DNA of 61,355 nt, counting the filler, from Dugesia japonica (lineage: Eukaryota), in NCBI GenBank assembly GCA_001938525.1. It is 4 parts of 4 records of this genome, joined end to end, with 100 filler letters (N's around TTAATTAATTAA, not from the genome) between each part and the next. Parts side by side here need not be neighbours in the genome. Positions count along the whole stretch, not along the records: positions 14,204 to 31,043 come from MQRL01585027.1; positions 31,144 to 46,225 come from MQRL01500791.1; 2 more parts are not named here. The stretch is one strand, 5' to 3'. The notes below the pieces were generated by a model, which saw only the letters and a program-made list of their open reading frames with translations, was not told the origin of the DNA and searched no databases. A program made the translations under genes and the position numbers. Positions 28,061 through 40,800 of the stretch are shown piece by piece. Positions within the stretch are counted from its first letter, which is position 1; each line of letters starts with the position of its first letter.

Positions 28061-28559
28061 TGAGAAACTTTTTTATTTTCTTGAAATGAGTTATTAATAA
28101 AATATTATTTGAAAATCTGGCAAACTTTAACTAATTCACTATGGTATGAAGTAATTTACGGCCCCAAATAATATTATTAGTCAAACCAAGATTGATTGTT
28201 AATCATCGAGTGTTAAAAGATTCTTATAAACTACATATCTACAAGCTTTCTTTATACTCAATAATAATAATTATTAAAACAAAATATTCTTTTTTTTAAA
28301 TTAATTTTAAAATCAATTATTTTATTAAAAATAATCAATAAATACATAAATTTAAAATCCAGAAAAATTTAAAATAAACATTTAAATTAACAAAAGATTT
28401 CAATATTTAATTCGTTATCATAAAAAATACAAGTAATAAAATCAATGAAAAAAATTAAATGCTGAATGCCTAACTAGCGTAATAAAGTTTGAATTAATAC
28501 TGATTAGCCTATTAAAAACCGTAATAACCTGAACATAAAATAGGTGTTTTGTTCTCATA

Positions 28560-29120
28560 AATATCATCTAAAACAAGAGTGATCTAATATTCAAGCCTAT
28601 CGAGAAATTTGATATTTGGATTGCACATGAATTGAAGAAAATTCATTTAATTGAAATAATCAACATTTATGACATAATCAGACCAATGCCTTTTCGAAGA
28701 AACTCATAACTGGTGATGAACAATGGATTGTATAAAAAAATGTTAAACGTAAAAGTCAATGTGAGGTATCTCAAACAACACGAAAGGCTGAAACTTAACA
28801 GAAAAAGGTCACATTGCCAATATTATGAGATTATAAGGAAATCGTATATTTTGAGCTGTTTCCAGTTAACACTACAATCGACTCGAATGTTTACTGTCAG
28901 TAATTAAACAAATAAAAAGATGGCTTGCCACAGAAACATGTAAAATTAGTAAATTGTGCTTTTTTCCATCCTGACATGACAAAATTATAATACTGTTTGT
29001 TTCAGTCTCTGAAAAACTCTTTGACTGGAAAAACCCTTTACCTTAAATGACAATATCAAAACGTATCTGGAAGCATTTTTTTGGTAAATAAAGTTAGAAA
29101 TTTTATGAAAAGTGAATAGC
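28560..29120 (+). pseudogene. Mariner transposase remnant
   Basis: WIAHELK (WVPHEL motif, about 28617), KKLITGDEQWIV (about 28697), LFQSLKNSLTGK (about 28997). Confidence 0.8.
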
Positions 29121-29359
29121 TCATTAAAAGAAACTGTTAGAGATTAAAGATAAAGATCTCAAACAATTAGCGAGAAGGGAGATTTTCATTGCTACCAGCT
29201 CATTAGATCTATATGATGCTACATAAAAAATTAATGACGAAAAAATTAACAAAAGAATAAATTGGTTTACTCATATCAGCATTCAATTATTTTTTTTAGA
29301 AATAGACAAGTATTTATGTTCGCTAATAACATAATTTCTCTTGTTTTCTATACCTCAAT

Positions 29360-30960
29360 TAGGGTTTATCATTTCTCGAAGTATTTTAATTCTCGAGAAT
29401 CGCGAAATTATTCCCGTAATTCTCAAGAATTCTCGAGAATTTTGGAATAATATAAATTTGCAATTTTAAAATAAATACAAGTCAATTTGTTTGAATATTT
29501 TTAAATATTTTATTTCTTAAAATGATATTTCAAAAAACATAATATATTTGCATATTTATCCGATAACCAAGTTCTAAGTTTCGTAATAAACGTTGCAGAA
29601 GTTGAAAAATTACGTTCCTTTTGTGTTGAGGTATGTCTTATTGTTAGCAGCGCATCAAATAATTGTTTCAAATTTTGATTAATATTTCCAGTACATTCGT
29701 AAATATTTAATTATTTGTCAATGACAAGAATATTTCACTATCTTCGTGAGGCTTGGTCGTATCTGTATACATAGATATTGAACTTTGTAATTGGTCATGC
29801 AAAGTTTTTTGCAATAACATTTTTAGTTTCCACTTGATATATAAATTCTAATTTAACACTATCTACACCATCGTTAATTTTATAAGTAAAAAGTCTTATC
29901 ATTAGTGATTTTGCTAGTTTTAACATTTCTGATTTATTTGATGCTTTAAAAAGATAGTCATTTTCTTGAGTGAATTTTCGATTGCTTAATAACTTTAAAA
30001 GTGAAACTAGTGGTATGTTGCGAAGTTTAAATATATAAGCTTCCAATTCATCTAACAGCCCATTGGCCATGCTGTTATTTTGAATTTTTAAGTTATTAAA
30101 CAGAAAATAAACAATATCTTCCCTGATCAATAGATTTGCATTATGATTCCAACAAATTTATCATTTCTTTACAAACTGTTGTATTTTCTTTTTTCCACAG
30201 ATACGATAAGTTTATTTCATTTAAAGCTTTAATGGTAGGTTTTTCAAGCTTCATAAATTGAACAACCATATTTATTAAGCTATTCCAGCGAGTTTTACAA
30301 TCGAGAATTAACTGCAGTTCTCTTTTTTGACAGAAACAACTTTTTTTTTAGAAAAATAGAATTTTTCACTGGTGAGTTTTGAAAAATTTTACAATTTTCC
30401 AGACAGCATCAATAGCTTCACGAACAGTTTTTACTAAAACTAGTTCTGCATCTGACTCAACGACATCTTCTTCAATATCGTATATAGAATAACTTTCAAT
30501 ATTATCATCATCTTCATCGTTAGAAAGTGATTAAAGGTTAGCTTTTCAAGTATAAAAAAGTTTTATAACCGCAAGATGAATTTTGTGATTATAACATAGT
30601 TGCTAAATGGAAGGAGATAATTTTCAAAATTTCTTCATTACCACTGCGTCATCACTTGTTACAGCAACTACGTCTTTTTTGAATGATAATTTAAATGCTT
30701 TTAACATTTCGTCAACTAAATTTAAAGCCATTTCGATTCGAAACTGCTCACTTCCCGTATTCATAATCGGTGCAGCTGATTGTTGGAATCAGAATACTCG
30801 AACCTTTCTTCAATCAATCGAGCTAATCACTGCTCGAGTGTCTACAAGACATTTGAACACATTCCCCTGATTAGATACTGTTACACATCGTCTTCTTTGT
30901 AATTTATGGTAAAAAATATTTGTATTCTGCTCTTCTTTGAATGTTTCAATTCACTCAATT
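29360..30960 (-). mobile_element. Degenerate hAT DNA transposon
   Basis: Minus strand: AVTSDDAVVM, LCYNHKIHLAV (CxxH motif), ILDCKTRWNSLINMV (about 30300-30265) and the C-terminal dimerization motif TSTQKERNFSTSATFITKLRTWLSDK (about 29630-29558). TAGGG terminus with TTCTCGAGAA subterminal repeats at 29360-29445. Confidence 0.85.
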
Positions 30961-31255
30961 TTTCGAATTATTCACAAAACATTTTCTTCTATTTAAACTC
31001 TTTTTTTAAAAAAATCTTTCTACTGATCAATAATAATAATAATNNNNNNNNNNNNNNNNNNNNNNNNNNNNNNNNNNNNNNNNNNNNTTAATTAATTAAN
31101 NNNNNNNNNNNNNNNNNNNNNNNNNNNNNNNNNNNNNNNNNNNTTATATTAAAATAAAAAACTTTAAATTAAAAATATTTTTTTTAATTTCCCGCCAAAA
31201 AAAAATTCTTAAAAAAAGGTAAAAAAAGGTAAAAAAAAAGTTTAAAAAAAAGGTA

Positions 31256-31364
31256 AAAAAAATTGATCCCAAAAATTTGATCCGATCAAAAAAAATCTGA
31301 TCTGATCAAAAAAAATTGATCCCAAAAATCTGATCCGATCAAAAAAATTGATCCCAAAAATCTG
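31256..31364. repeat. Tandem repeat of GATCCCAAAAATCTGATCCGATCAAAAAAAATT-type units, continuing into gap
   Basis: Direct reading. Confidence 0.85.
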
Positions 31365-31531
31365 NNNNNNNNNNNNNNNNNNNNNNNNNNNNNNNNNNNN
31401 NNNNNNNNNNNNNNNNNNNNNNNNNNNNNNNNNNNNNNNNNNNNNNNNNNNNNNNNNNNNNNNNNNNNNNNNNNNNNNNNNNNNNNNNNNNNNNNNNNNN
31501 NNNNNNNNNNNNNNNNNNNNNNNNNNNNNNN

Positions 31532-31750
31532 GTGCGGGCAGTGCGCCACTATCCATCTACTGAATATCCATGATTTAACTTTGTATTTGTTCTTAATTTC
31601 GTTATTAATCAGAACCAATTGCCCCAACAAAGAAATATGAGATTGGATATCAAGTTTGGAATTGCACTGACTATGCTTGCATATGTATTAATTTATGGAG
31701 TATTTGAAAATGAAATCCAAATTACATCGGACAGAGCTATACTAATGTAA
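31532..31750 (+). pseudogene. Polinton/Maverick major capsid protein (double jelly-roll), C-terminal part
   Basis: From 31562: EYP*FNFVFVLNFVINQNQLPQQRNMRLDIKFGIALTMLAYVLIYGVFENEIQITSDRAILM*. This matches the recalled Maverick MCP C-terminal pattern GNLRLELKF..AL....IVYAEFDN.IEID..R.V. Confidence 0.7.
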
Positions 31751-31820
31751 ACAATCTCATTGTTATGAAAATAGTTATTCATAATGAAGTAAGATTTGAA
31801 TATTGCTTTGATATTACTTT

Positions 31821-32177
31821 AATAGTTCAATTCAGATAAATCAAATTGCTACAATATTACTTGGATCAGAGTTTCTCAGTGTTTATCCATTGGACAAGCT
31901 TCCATTAATTTCAATTAATAAAGCCATAATTTTCAATACTCAATCATAAAATCTCGGAAGAGAGCATTGGTTAACACTTTACAATAAACCAGAAAATATA
32001 CTGGTATTCGATCCATTTGGATTTTATTATCCATCAATGTTGATCTCTCATCTATCAAGATTATCAAAACCAATTGTGTACAACAGAATTCAATATCAAC
32101 AATGGTTAACAACAACTTGCAGACAGCATTGCTTATTAGGGTTGAGATTAGACTACTGTATTAATAGGATTAAATAA
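31821..32177 (+). pseudogene. Adenain-like (adenovirus-type C5) cysteine protease of a Polinton
   Basis: NSSIQINQIATILLGSEFLSVYPLDKLPLISINKAIIFNTQS*NLGREHWLTLYNKPENILVFDPFGFYYP...VYNRIQYQQWLTTTCRQHCLL. The HW, FDPFG and Q-x5-C motifs are in the correct order; one internal stop. Confidence 0.85.
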
Positions 32178-32234
32178 ATGTATTTGAAAATATGTTTCTT
32201 ATTTACTTTGTTATTTACTTGGTTGATTTTATTG

Positions 32235-32500
32235 TTTTATATTGCCCCGAACAATGTTAATATTTTTCAGGTAATATTGATGTACCCCGAAAATATTAAC
32301 ATTTAATTTTAATGTGCCCGGTAATCTTAATATTTAATGTTATTATGCCCCGGCAATAATAATATTAAATATAAATATACCTCGTCAATATTAATATTTA
32401 ATGTTAATATGTCCCGGCAATATTAACATTTAATAATAATATTATTGGTTCACCTACATATTAACAAATCCAGACAATATTAATATTATTGTACCTCTGA
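32235..32500. repeat. Degenerate ~30-35 bp tandem repeats with CCC(G)G cores; probable Polinton subterminal region
   Basis: Repeated AATATT...G/TCCCCGG/CAATATTAA units directly after the protease. A similar array lies at about 53835-53990. Confidence 0.6.
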
Positions 32501-34019
32501 TAAATTTAGCTTCAATATATATGTTAAAAGTTTAATAGTATAAGGTTTACAAGTTTTAAATTATCAGCTTAAAATTTATCATTTTAAAATTAATCAGTTT
32601 ATAAATATCAAGTTTAAAGTTCATACATTTTAAATTCTTTAATTTTAAATTTAAAACCTAAATTTGAAAGTTTAAATTTAAACAGCATAAATGTCTTAAG
32701 CTTTTAAATTAATACGTTTTAAATGAATGTTTTAAAACTATAAAATTTATAATTACTAAGTTTTTGAATTTATAAACCTTAATTAATTAATTAATCCTTG
32801 TTTAATTATTTTAATTAAATATGGTTGACAATTATTAATTAATTAGAAAAATATGACCTCTAAAAAGTAAAGTGAAAATAGCAAAGCCTGACTTTGAAGT
32901 AGAATTACATACTTGAATAATTGATTCACTTGACTTATTTCTAACCATAACCATCCGAATTCTGGAAAAATTATCGAAACCAAAATATAATTAAAAGAAT
33001 ATTAAAAGATTGCTCAAAATCAAATATAGCCTACTCAGCAGAAATATGGAAGTTTCACAAAACTGGATTTAGAAACAACAAAATAACTTCCAATATTGAA
33101 GAATAGTATTTAAAGAATTGAAGAAACATGTGCGGGTTCCATGTAGAACTAAAAAACAAGACTGTTTGTTTATTCAAATTTGTTATTTTAAATAAATTTT
33201 ATTATTATCTAATAAAACTTTTATGACAAACGGATTTACTTATGCAACTAACCGATTTATGTCTAATGGAATACAATCAAGTATGACTTTAATTTTATAA
33301 GTTTGATTTAAAGTAATAATTCAAAGTTAATAATTTTTATGTATTTTAATTTAAGTAATTTTAGAATATATTTTATGAAAAATGTATNTATTCATTTATA
33401 TTTTAAATTTAATTATGATTATAATTTTATTACATTTTTTCCAAATGTAATGATTTTATTTTCAATGTTAAATTAATTATTATTATAATTTTTATTGTAA
33501 TGATTTTAAACTCAAGATAATATTATCAATACTTTTTTTAATGTAATAATTAGTTAATTTCATTATAATTTTTATTCTAATGATTTTATTTATATTGTTA
33601 ATTTAATCATGATTATAATTTTATTGTAATGATTAAAACTTAATACAACATTATCAAATTAAATTTAATGTTTTTAAATTTATTGAATTAACTAAATGTA
33701 TGATGAATATTTTTATAAGTTATAAGTAATTTGTAAATTTTAATTAATTACTAAGACTTTATTTATTGATTTAATTTGATGCATACAACGTTAGTGATTT
33801 TAATTAATAACAATGACTTAATATAATAATCGATTTTAATTAATAACCATGATTTAATAATTTTAACTAATGACCTTAACTTTTCAATGACCTTGACCTT
33901 TTAAATGACCTTGGCCTTTTTTATAACAAACGTCTATAAAAAATTAAAAAATAACTTTATTTATTTAAGAAACTTGCAAAATATATACGAACTATTGTGG
34001 AAATTCAAGTCATAACAAA

Positions 34020-35700
34020 AAATGTCACGAGATAATGAAAAATTACTACAGTCTTATTTATTGCGGGAAAAAATATTATCTGTTTATCATTCACTGCATT
34101 ACGGTTAGATAAATACACAGAATTTTATAAGGCACATGTACATCACTTGTCTCAATTTTTTGAAAAGAAGAGGATAGTACTGAAGAAAATTCTCCAAGAA
34201 TCTCCACGTAAGACGTTTTAAGCAGAATCAGAAGTGAAAGTCATAGAGAATGATATTAATATAAAGAACAAACCAGTCAAACCAGAGGTTATAGTTATTG
34301 AGGATGATATTGAAGAAGAAATGGACTGGAATAATATCCAAATAATTGAAGAACTAAATCAAGAAGACCTTGTTGATGAAGATGATGCAGAAGAGGTACT
34401 GCAAAATTATTTGCAAGAAGAAGAAACACAAGTTGGTGGATCCATAGACGAATCGATTATTGAAACAGACTTGTACAAATGTCACCAGATCTTGAAATTA
34501 GATGTTTCAAGATTTAACATGAGAGAGATAATTTTACCAGTTTCTTTGGTACAAATACTAAAAAAATAATCAAAGAAATGAAGGATATAAAAATACAGTT
34601 CGGAATTCATGTAGAGTTCATGCGAGATCCTGAAATAAAAAATTTTCATTTATCTAAGAGTGCTGTGCTACATAGTTATAAGTTTTTCAAAGATGGAATT
34701 AGGGTATTGAATGAGAAATTCGTTTTAAGAAGCTATTTATGAAGCAGCTAGACACTTAGTAAGATTTTGGGAAATAAATTTCAAAATAACTAAAAATAGC
34801 AAAATAAGTAGATTTTCAAGCCGTAGTTAAATCTCCACGCCTTAAAATCTTGTAAGGAAACCAGCAATTGCTAACGTTAAAAACAAAGATGATAAATGTT
34901 TTCTGTATATCATTCTCACTATTCTTAAAGGCGATGTAGTAGGAAGGAATAAAAACCGTGCAGAAACATATAAGAAATACATAGATGACCTTAGATTGGA
35001 TGAAAATGATATGAGTGAATATTCCAAAATTTGGAAAACAAAACCCNNNNNNNNNNNNNNNNNNNNNNNNNNNNNNNNNNNNNNNNNNNNNNNNNNNNNN
35101 NNNNNNNNNNNNNNNNNNNNNNCCGAACATAGATATATTTCATGGATCAAAAGTTGAGGGTGGACAAAAGATAAATTTATTATTACTTGAAGATAAGGAT
35201 AAATTTCATTATACTGCCATAGTTAATTTGAATAAACTTATGAACAGAAATATTAAAAATAAAGGTGTACAAATAAAATCAAAATGGTGTTCCAATTGTC
35301 TGAATGAATTCAGATATAACAAAGCTTTCGAGACCCATGAACTTATTTGTGAGAAGATGCAGAAGGGATCAACTCTTTATAGAATTCCTACAGAAAAAGA
35401 ATTAGTATTTACAGATATTTTAAAACAGTGACTCAGCCATATGTAATTTATGCTGATTTCGAATCAGTATTGGAGAAGGATCTTGAACATTACCAGAAAC
35501 ATTTGCCTAAATCAGCAGGTTTTTCGTTAGTAAATAATTTTACTAACGAATATCAATACCATCAATTTATCGGATCAGACTGTGTTTACAATTTTTTGAC
35601 TATGATTAAAAAAATTACCAGAAGAAAAAGATGAAAATCACACAAGAAGAATATTCTTTATGAGTGTTTATTATGTAACATAGTGACTACTAGCAACTGA
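34020..35700 (+). pseudogene. Polinton/adintovirus protein-primed family B DNA polymerase, N-terminal half
   Basis: Acidic stretch ending QVGGS; KIQFGIHVEF; NVKNKDDKCFLYIIL; IPKFGKQN; INLLLLEDKDKFHYTAIVNLNKLM; CSNCLNEF..AFETHELIC; ExoI motif YVIYADFESVL. Confidence 0.85.
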
Positions 35701-36448
35701 TCACTCAAATTTCATGAAAAATGATTACCAAATAGACATAATCAGCTTATGTGTTGCATAAATAAGAGTTGTTATTCATCCCTTTCCAGAAAATATACAT
35801 CGTTCATCATCAGCTGTGCACCCCACTACTTGCTCCTCCTTCTTCTACTCGTCTGTCCCTCTGCTTGAGCATTGGTTTTCTATGTTCCTTCCTTTCTCTA
35901 GATACTAAATAGTCAGTCTAATTGTTAACAAAATCAATATACTGTTGCATGTCTTCATCTTTTGACTATAAATTGAAAATTAATATATATGGTTTTCTGA
36001 GTATTCTAAAAGCTTTTTCGATACTCGGCGGTTTAAGTTTCAGCAAATCAATGAATAGAGAAAATTAGTGTATATAACTAGTTGTATTTGATCACAGTAC
36101 TAGATCAAATCAGTCAATTAAACTAAATTATTGCATTAAATTTTAGACTGTTAATAGAATCCAGACCAATTATGATCAAAGAAAGATACAATATGATTTG
36201 AAATAAATCTTGTAATTTAAATTATATGCATGATGTTAGAATTATTTTAATGTAAATTGAGTTATTTCAAAGTTTCCAAATTTTATATTGTTAATTTTAA
36301 TAGTAAAATAGCTTTACGATGGTCAATAGAATAAATTTAAAATAATTTCAATATTTAATTAATTAATTAATTATTAAATATTATTTCTTCTTATTATTAT
36401 AATTATTATTTATTAATATTATAATTTATTATTTATGATTTATAACTA

Positions 36449-36620
36449 AATGGTAGACAGATAGGTCCGATCGATAACAGTACCCCCCGCCTTTTTATAA
36501 GGTCAAATGTGACAGATTTCAAGCGTTTTGATTGGACGAATTTTTTTGTTTTTTAAGGTTAACTGCGACCGATTTTAAGCATTGTGATTGGTCGAATTTT
36601 TTTTATTTATTTTTTGTTTT
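36449..36620 (+). mobile_element. Putative Polinton-like terminus (TIR start)
   Basis: ATGGTAGACAGATAGGTCCGATCGATAACAGTACCCCCCG aligns with the reverse complement of 54240-54278 (ATGAGTAGGTAGATAGGAGCCGACTGTAACAAACCCCCTG). It lies just downstream of the minus-strand PolB end and carries two ATTGG boxes. Confidence 0.5.
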
Positions 36621-36834
36621 AATTGATGTATTTAAATGATTTATTATTGTTTTTTTTAAATTAAGTTCATTTATTTATTTTTTTCGTTTTAATTAGGTAA
36701 AATTTATTGCTTTTGTTTAAATTAATTGAAATTAATGATTTCTTGTTTAAATTAAGTGAAATTAATATTATGTATAGAAATTAAGTAAAATTAATGATTT
36801 TTAATTGATTGTTGTTGTAACAATTTAGATACAA

Positions 36835-37870
36835 CTGATGTGTTAATTCAGTATCTTTTAATGTTACCCCCTTAGCTTTCATGCTGGTCTTTTTGCTAAG
36901 AAGACTGTAACATTTCAGTCTCAGAAAAACCTATTCCTTGTATCTTTTACCCTTGCTTTCGCCTATGAATTTTCCTACAACGAAATTTGCTTGTTATTAT
37001 AAAGCGGATGTTCTGAATTATAATTTGAAGTGTCCAAAAACTCATTTTTAACAGTCAGTTTTAACAATCTTTCCAATCTAATACATTTCACTTCCAAGAA
37101 AAAGCTGTCGGAATCTCCTGCCACTATATTAATGATACATTTTTCATCTTTTCCGAATTTTGTAAGCTCGATGTTTTGAAGATGATAGATTCTTAGTTTA
37201 TTCAAGTCTAACACTGTTTGACCAATATAGGTAGGACGGTTGAGACAAACTTTATTTGTATTCAGCAATACAGAAATTAAATCCTGGTATATTTTAACTG
37301 TTTTCCTAAACCTAAGCTTCTACGCGTATGTAATAAGCTTTTTGGCTGAATTGCGCAGTCTGAGATTCATCTGTTTCTTTAGATTTTCTACTGTTTTTCT
37401 GACTGTTGTTTTAAAGCTTATAATAATTTTTATCTAAGTCTGATGTACTTTTCAGTCTTAGCTCAGTATTTACATCTATATACTTCTTTAAAATGTAATC
37501 TTGTGTGAACTTTATAGGTCTATGTATTTTAGCAATCGTAACACCTATCCGCATGTACAGTTGTAATAATTTACAATGTACAACATAATTCAGTTTGGTA
37601 GTATGTGTTAATAACAACTTGTTTACCTTACATCCTAGTGTGCTCTGATATTCAGCTCCAATGGGTAAATCGCTTAAATAATTGTTCAGCTTGTCCGGTA
37701 TTTTAATATCAACTTCTAGTATGCACCCATACGGTAATGAGTCTAGATCTAATGTTATACATTCATCTAATATTTGCTCTAATACAATATGTATCCATTG
37801 AAAATCCTTATATGGCAATTTCTGGCTTAATTTCGATCCATTTAAGTTATTAATATCGATGTACAAAAGC
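36835..37870 (-). pseudogene. Polinton/adintovirus PolB, C-terminal polymerase half
   Basis: LYIDINNLNGSKLSQKLP (motif A, DxNxLY), KNYYKL-NNS..K (motif B), RPTYIGQTVLDLNK, AGDSDSFF (motif C, DTDS), MKAKGV. Confidence 0.9.
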
Positions 37871-37873
37871 TAA

Positions 37874-40800
37874 GTGTTTTCGTCCGATTTCATATTGTTT
37901 GTTGTAAATTCGAATTGGATGATATCAAAGATCAAAGGGCTGGAACGAAAAAGAAGAGTTAAAGGAAAGTTCGAAAGAATAGAAATAAAAGAGTCAAATT
38001 TCAAAGTGGCAAAGAAAATAGTAGTATCATGGGGAACGATAATCCAAATAGTGCTGAAGGTAGTACTGTAACAAACACTGAAAATATTATAAGTAGTTGA
38101 CACGCATTAATACCAATGGGGGAGTGAACCACCACCCGTGACGATGCAATAAGGTAATACATTTCAGAGACTATGCTCAATAAAACCAACGTATCAATTA
38201 CAGCCACCCTGTTATCCAACAAGTCTATTGAAAGAAATGAAGCCAATTGAAATTAATAGAAGTATGAATGATAATGAACTAATGGATGCGGAAATAGAAA
38301 GACGGAACATTATGGGATTACCAAGTAACTATGTTTTGATAACCATAGCAAATTTAGGCAGACAACCAAAAATTGTAATACAGCTTAACGGAAAAGCCAT
38401 AAATGCTATTCTAGATACAGGGTCAAGTGTTACTATAATATCAGAGGAAATAGTGAACCTAGCTGCTTTGATAAATTTGGCACCTACTGAGGAAATTATT
38501 TGATCAATGTCCAAAAATGCACTTAATATAATTGGAATGATTAAAGTAGAATTGAATATTGGACGCAGAGAAATGAAGCACAATGTATTAGTGATGAGGG
38601 ATAGTCCAGTATTATGTTTTATTGATATAGACTTGTTGGAACAATTAGAAGGAGTAGCAATAGATGTGAAAACTGAAAATCTTATATATCGTCCTACAGG
38701 AGAAGTTTTTCATAGAGCACAAAAATTGTTTCTTAAACACGGCATTACTATACCAGCAAGACACAGGATGGTTTACTATGCGAATACGATAAACAAATCG
38801 GAAGAAGAATTTCTTTTTGAACCTTATGATGAATTCATGGAAAAGCACAAATTACCAATGTGTAATGGTTTAGTTACAGTGGTAGATAAAAAGTTACTGG
38901 TACGGTTCGTAAATTTCAGTGACAGACCACTGAAACTAAAAGCTAAAACTCGAATTGGACCTATCACACCGGTAGAAAAAATAATAATGAATCAATAATT
39001 ATCGCCTCAGGTAAAAAGATACAACAAACCGCTTGTCAAAAGTGAGAATCTTACTGAAAAGCAAAAACAAATTATGAATGAACTGTTTGAAAAATATGAA
39101 TGTGTATTTGCCAAACACGAATATTATCTTGGAAGAACTCATGTAATTAAAAAAAACAGGTGAATTAAGATTGTTCGTTGATTATCGAAAATTGAACAGT
39201 GTCACAAGGAAAGACACTTATCCATTGCCAATACCACAAGAGATTTATGATAGAATTAATCCGGCAACCCTTATATCAGTAATAAATTTAATAAGCGGAT
39301 ACGAGCAAATTGGAGTAGCGGAAAAATGCAAACAAATGACTGCTTCTACTGATGGAAGAGGATTTTATGAATGTACTACCATTTGGACTTACAGGAAGAC
39401 CAGCAATATTTCAACGGACCATGAATTATATCTTAATTGATTCAGATCATACGTTAGTATATATTAATGATAGTGTAGTATTCTCAACAAGTTTTGAAGA
39501 GCATTGAAAAGATTTAGAAGTGGTTTTTAAACGGTTGAATTAGCTAATATAAAAATTAAACCATCAAAGTGTGAATGGGCTAAAGAACCTGTGGTGTATG
39601 TTGGACATGTTTATCAAAGAATGGTATCAAGCTGAATCCAGATTATGTAATAAAAGTGCAGAAATTCCATACACCTAAAAATGTAAAGCAGGTTAGACAG
39701 TTTCTGGGATTAGCCAGATACTATAGAAGATTCATTCGGAATTTTACACAAATAGCCGAGCCATTGAAGAAGTTACTCATGTTTGAAAATAAATTTAAAT
39801 GGAGTCAAAAACAGCAACAAACTTTCGAAATATTAAAGAATAAATTGATATAAGAACCTATACTTAGACATCCAGATATGTCAAAACCATTTATTCTCAT
39901 GACGGACGCAAGAAATTATGCTATAGGAGCAGTATTGGGACAAAAAAATGAGGGAGAAAAAGATCATGTTATTGCGTATGCTAGTCAACTAAATAAACAT
40001 GAGAAAAACTATTTAACGATCGAAAAGGAAGCGCTAGCTATTATTTTTGCAGTACAAACTTACAGACATTACCTGATTGGTAAAAAATCTATCTATATAC
40101 AGACTATAGTCCATTACAATGGTTAATGACTCACCGGAATACAGCAAGTAGATTAATTCGGTGAGCGTTAAGTCTACAAGAANTTGACATTGAAATTAGA
40201 TACAGAAAGGGAAAGGAAAATGCCAATGCATATGCGTTATTGCGAATAGTAGAAGATAATATTGAAGATGAAAAGATAGTACTGGCCCTGATTAGACAAT
40301 CTACTAACATTGATGAGCTTAGAAAACAACAACGAAGGGATAAAGAGATAAATGAATTAATTCAAAAAACACCTACAGCAAAAACCAATCAAGGAATTAG
40401 TCAATTAATAAAGAATAAACAAAAAGATTTTGTGCAAGACGGAATTTTACAATGCATTGTGGGGAAATTGTAGAATTTGTAAAACCAGAACATTTGAAAG
40501 AAGCAATAATGTTACAATATCATGATGGAACCTTGGGAGGTCATCTATCAGCCAAAAAAACTATGTCGAGAATTAAAACTAAATATTTCTGGAAGACTAG
40601 CGAACAAGGTTTAAAAGAATGGTGTAGAACATGCGAGACATGCTTAAATAGGAAAAATACGGATACCAAAATTAAAATACCTTTAAAACCCATGCCTGTA
40701 CCTTCAGCACCCATGGAAATGACTGCAATGGATATTATTGGGCCACTGCCAGAAATAGTGAATGGGAATAAATATATACTTGTATTTTGCGAATATTTAA

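Noticed and set aside
31256-32500. Repeat arrays as a possible CRISPR-like locus
   Set aside because: Units are contiguous or degenerate without unique constant-length spacers; no cas genes; eukaryotic context.
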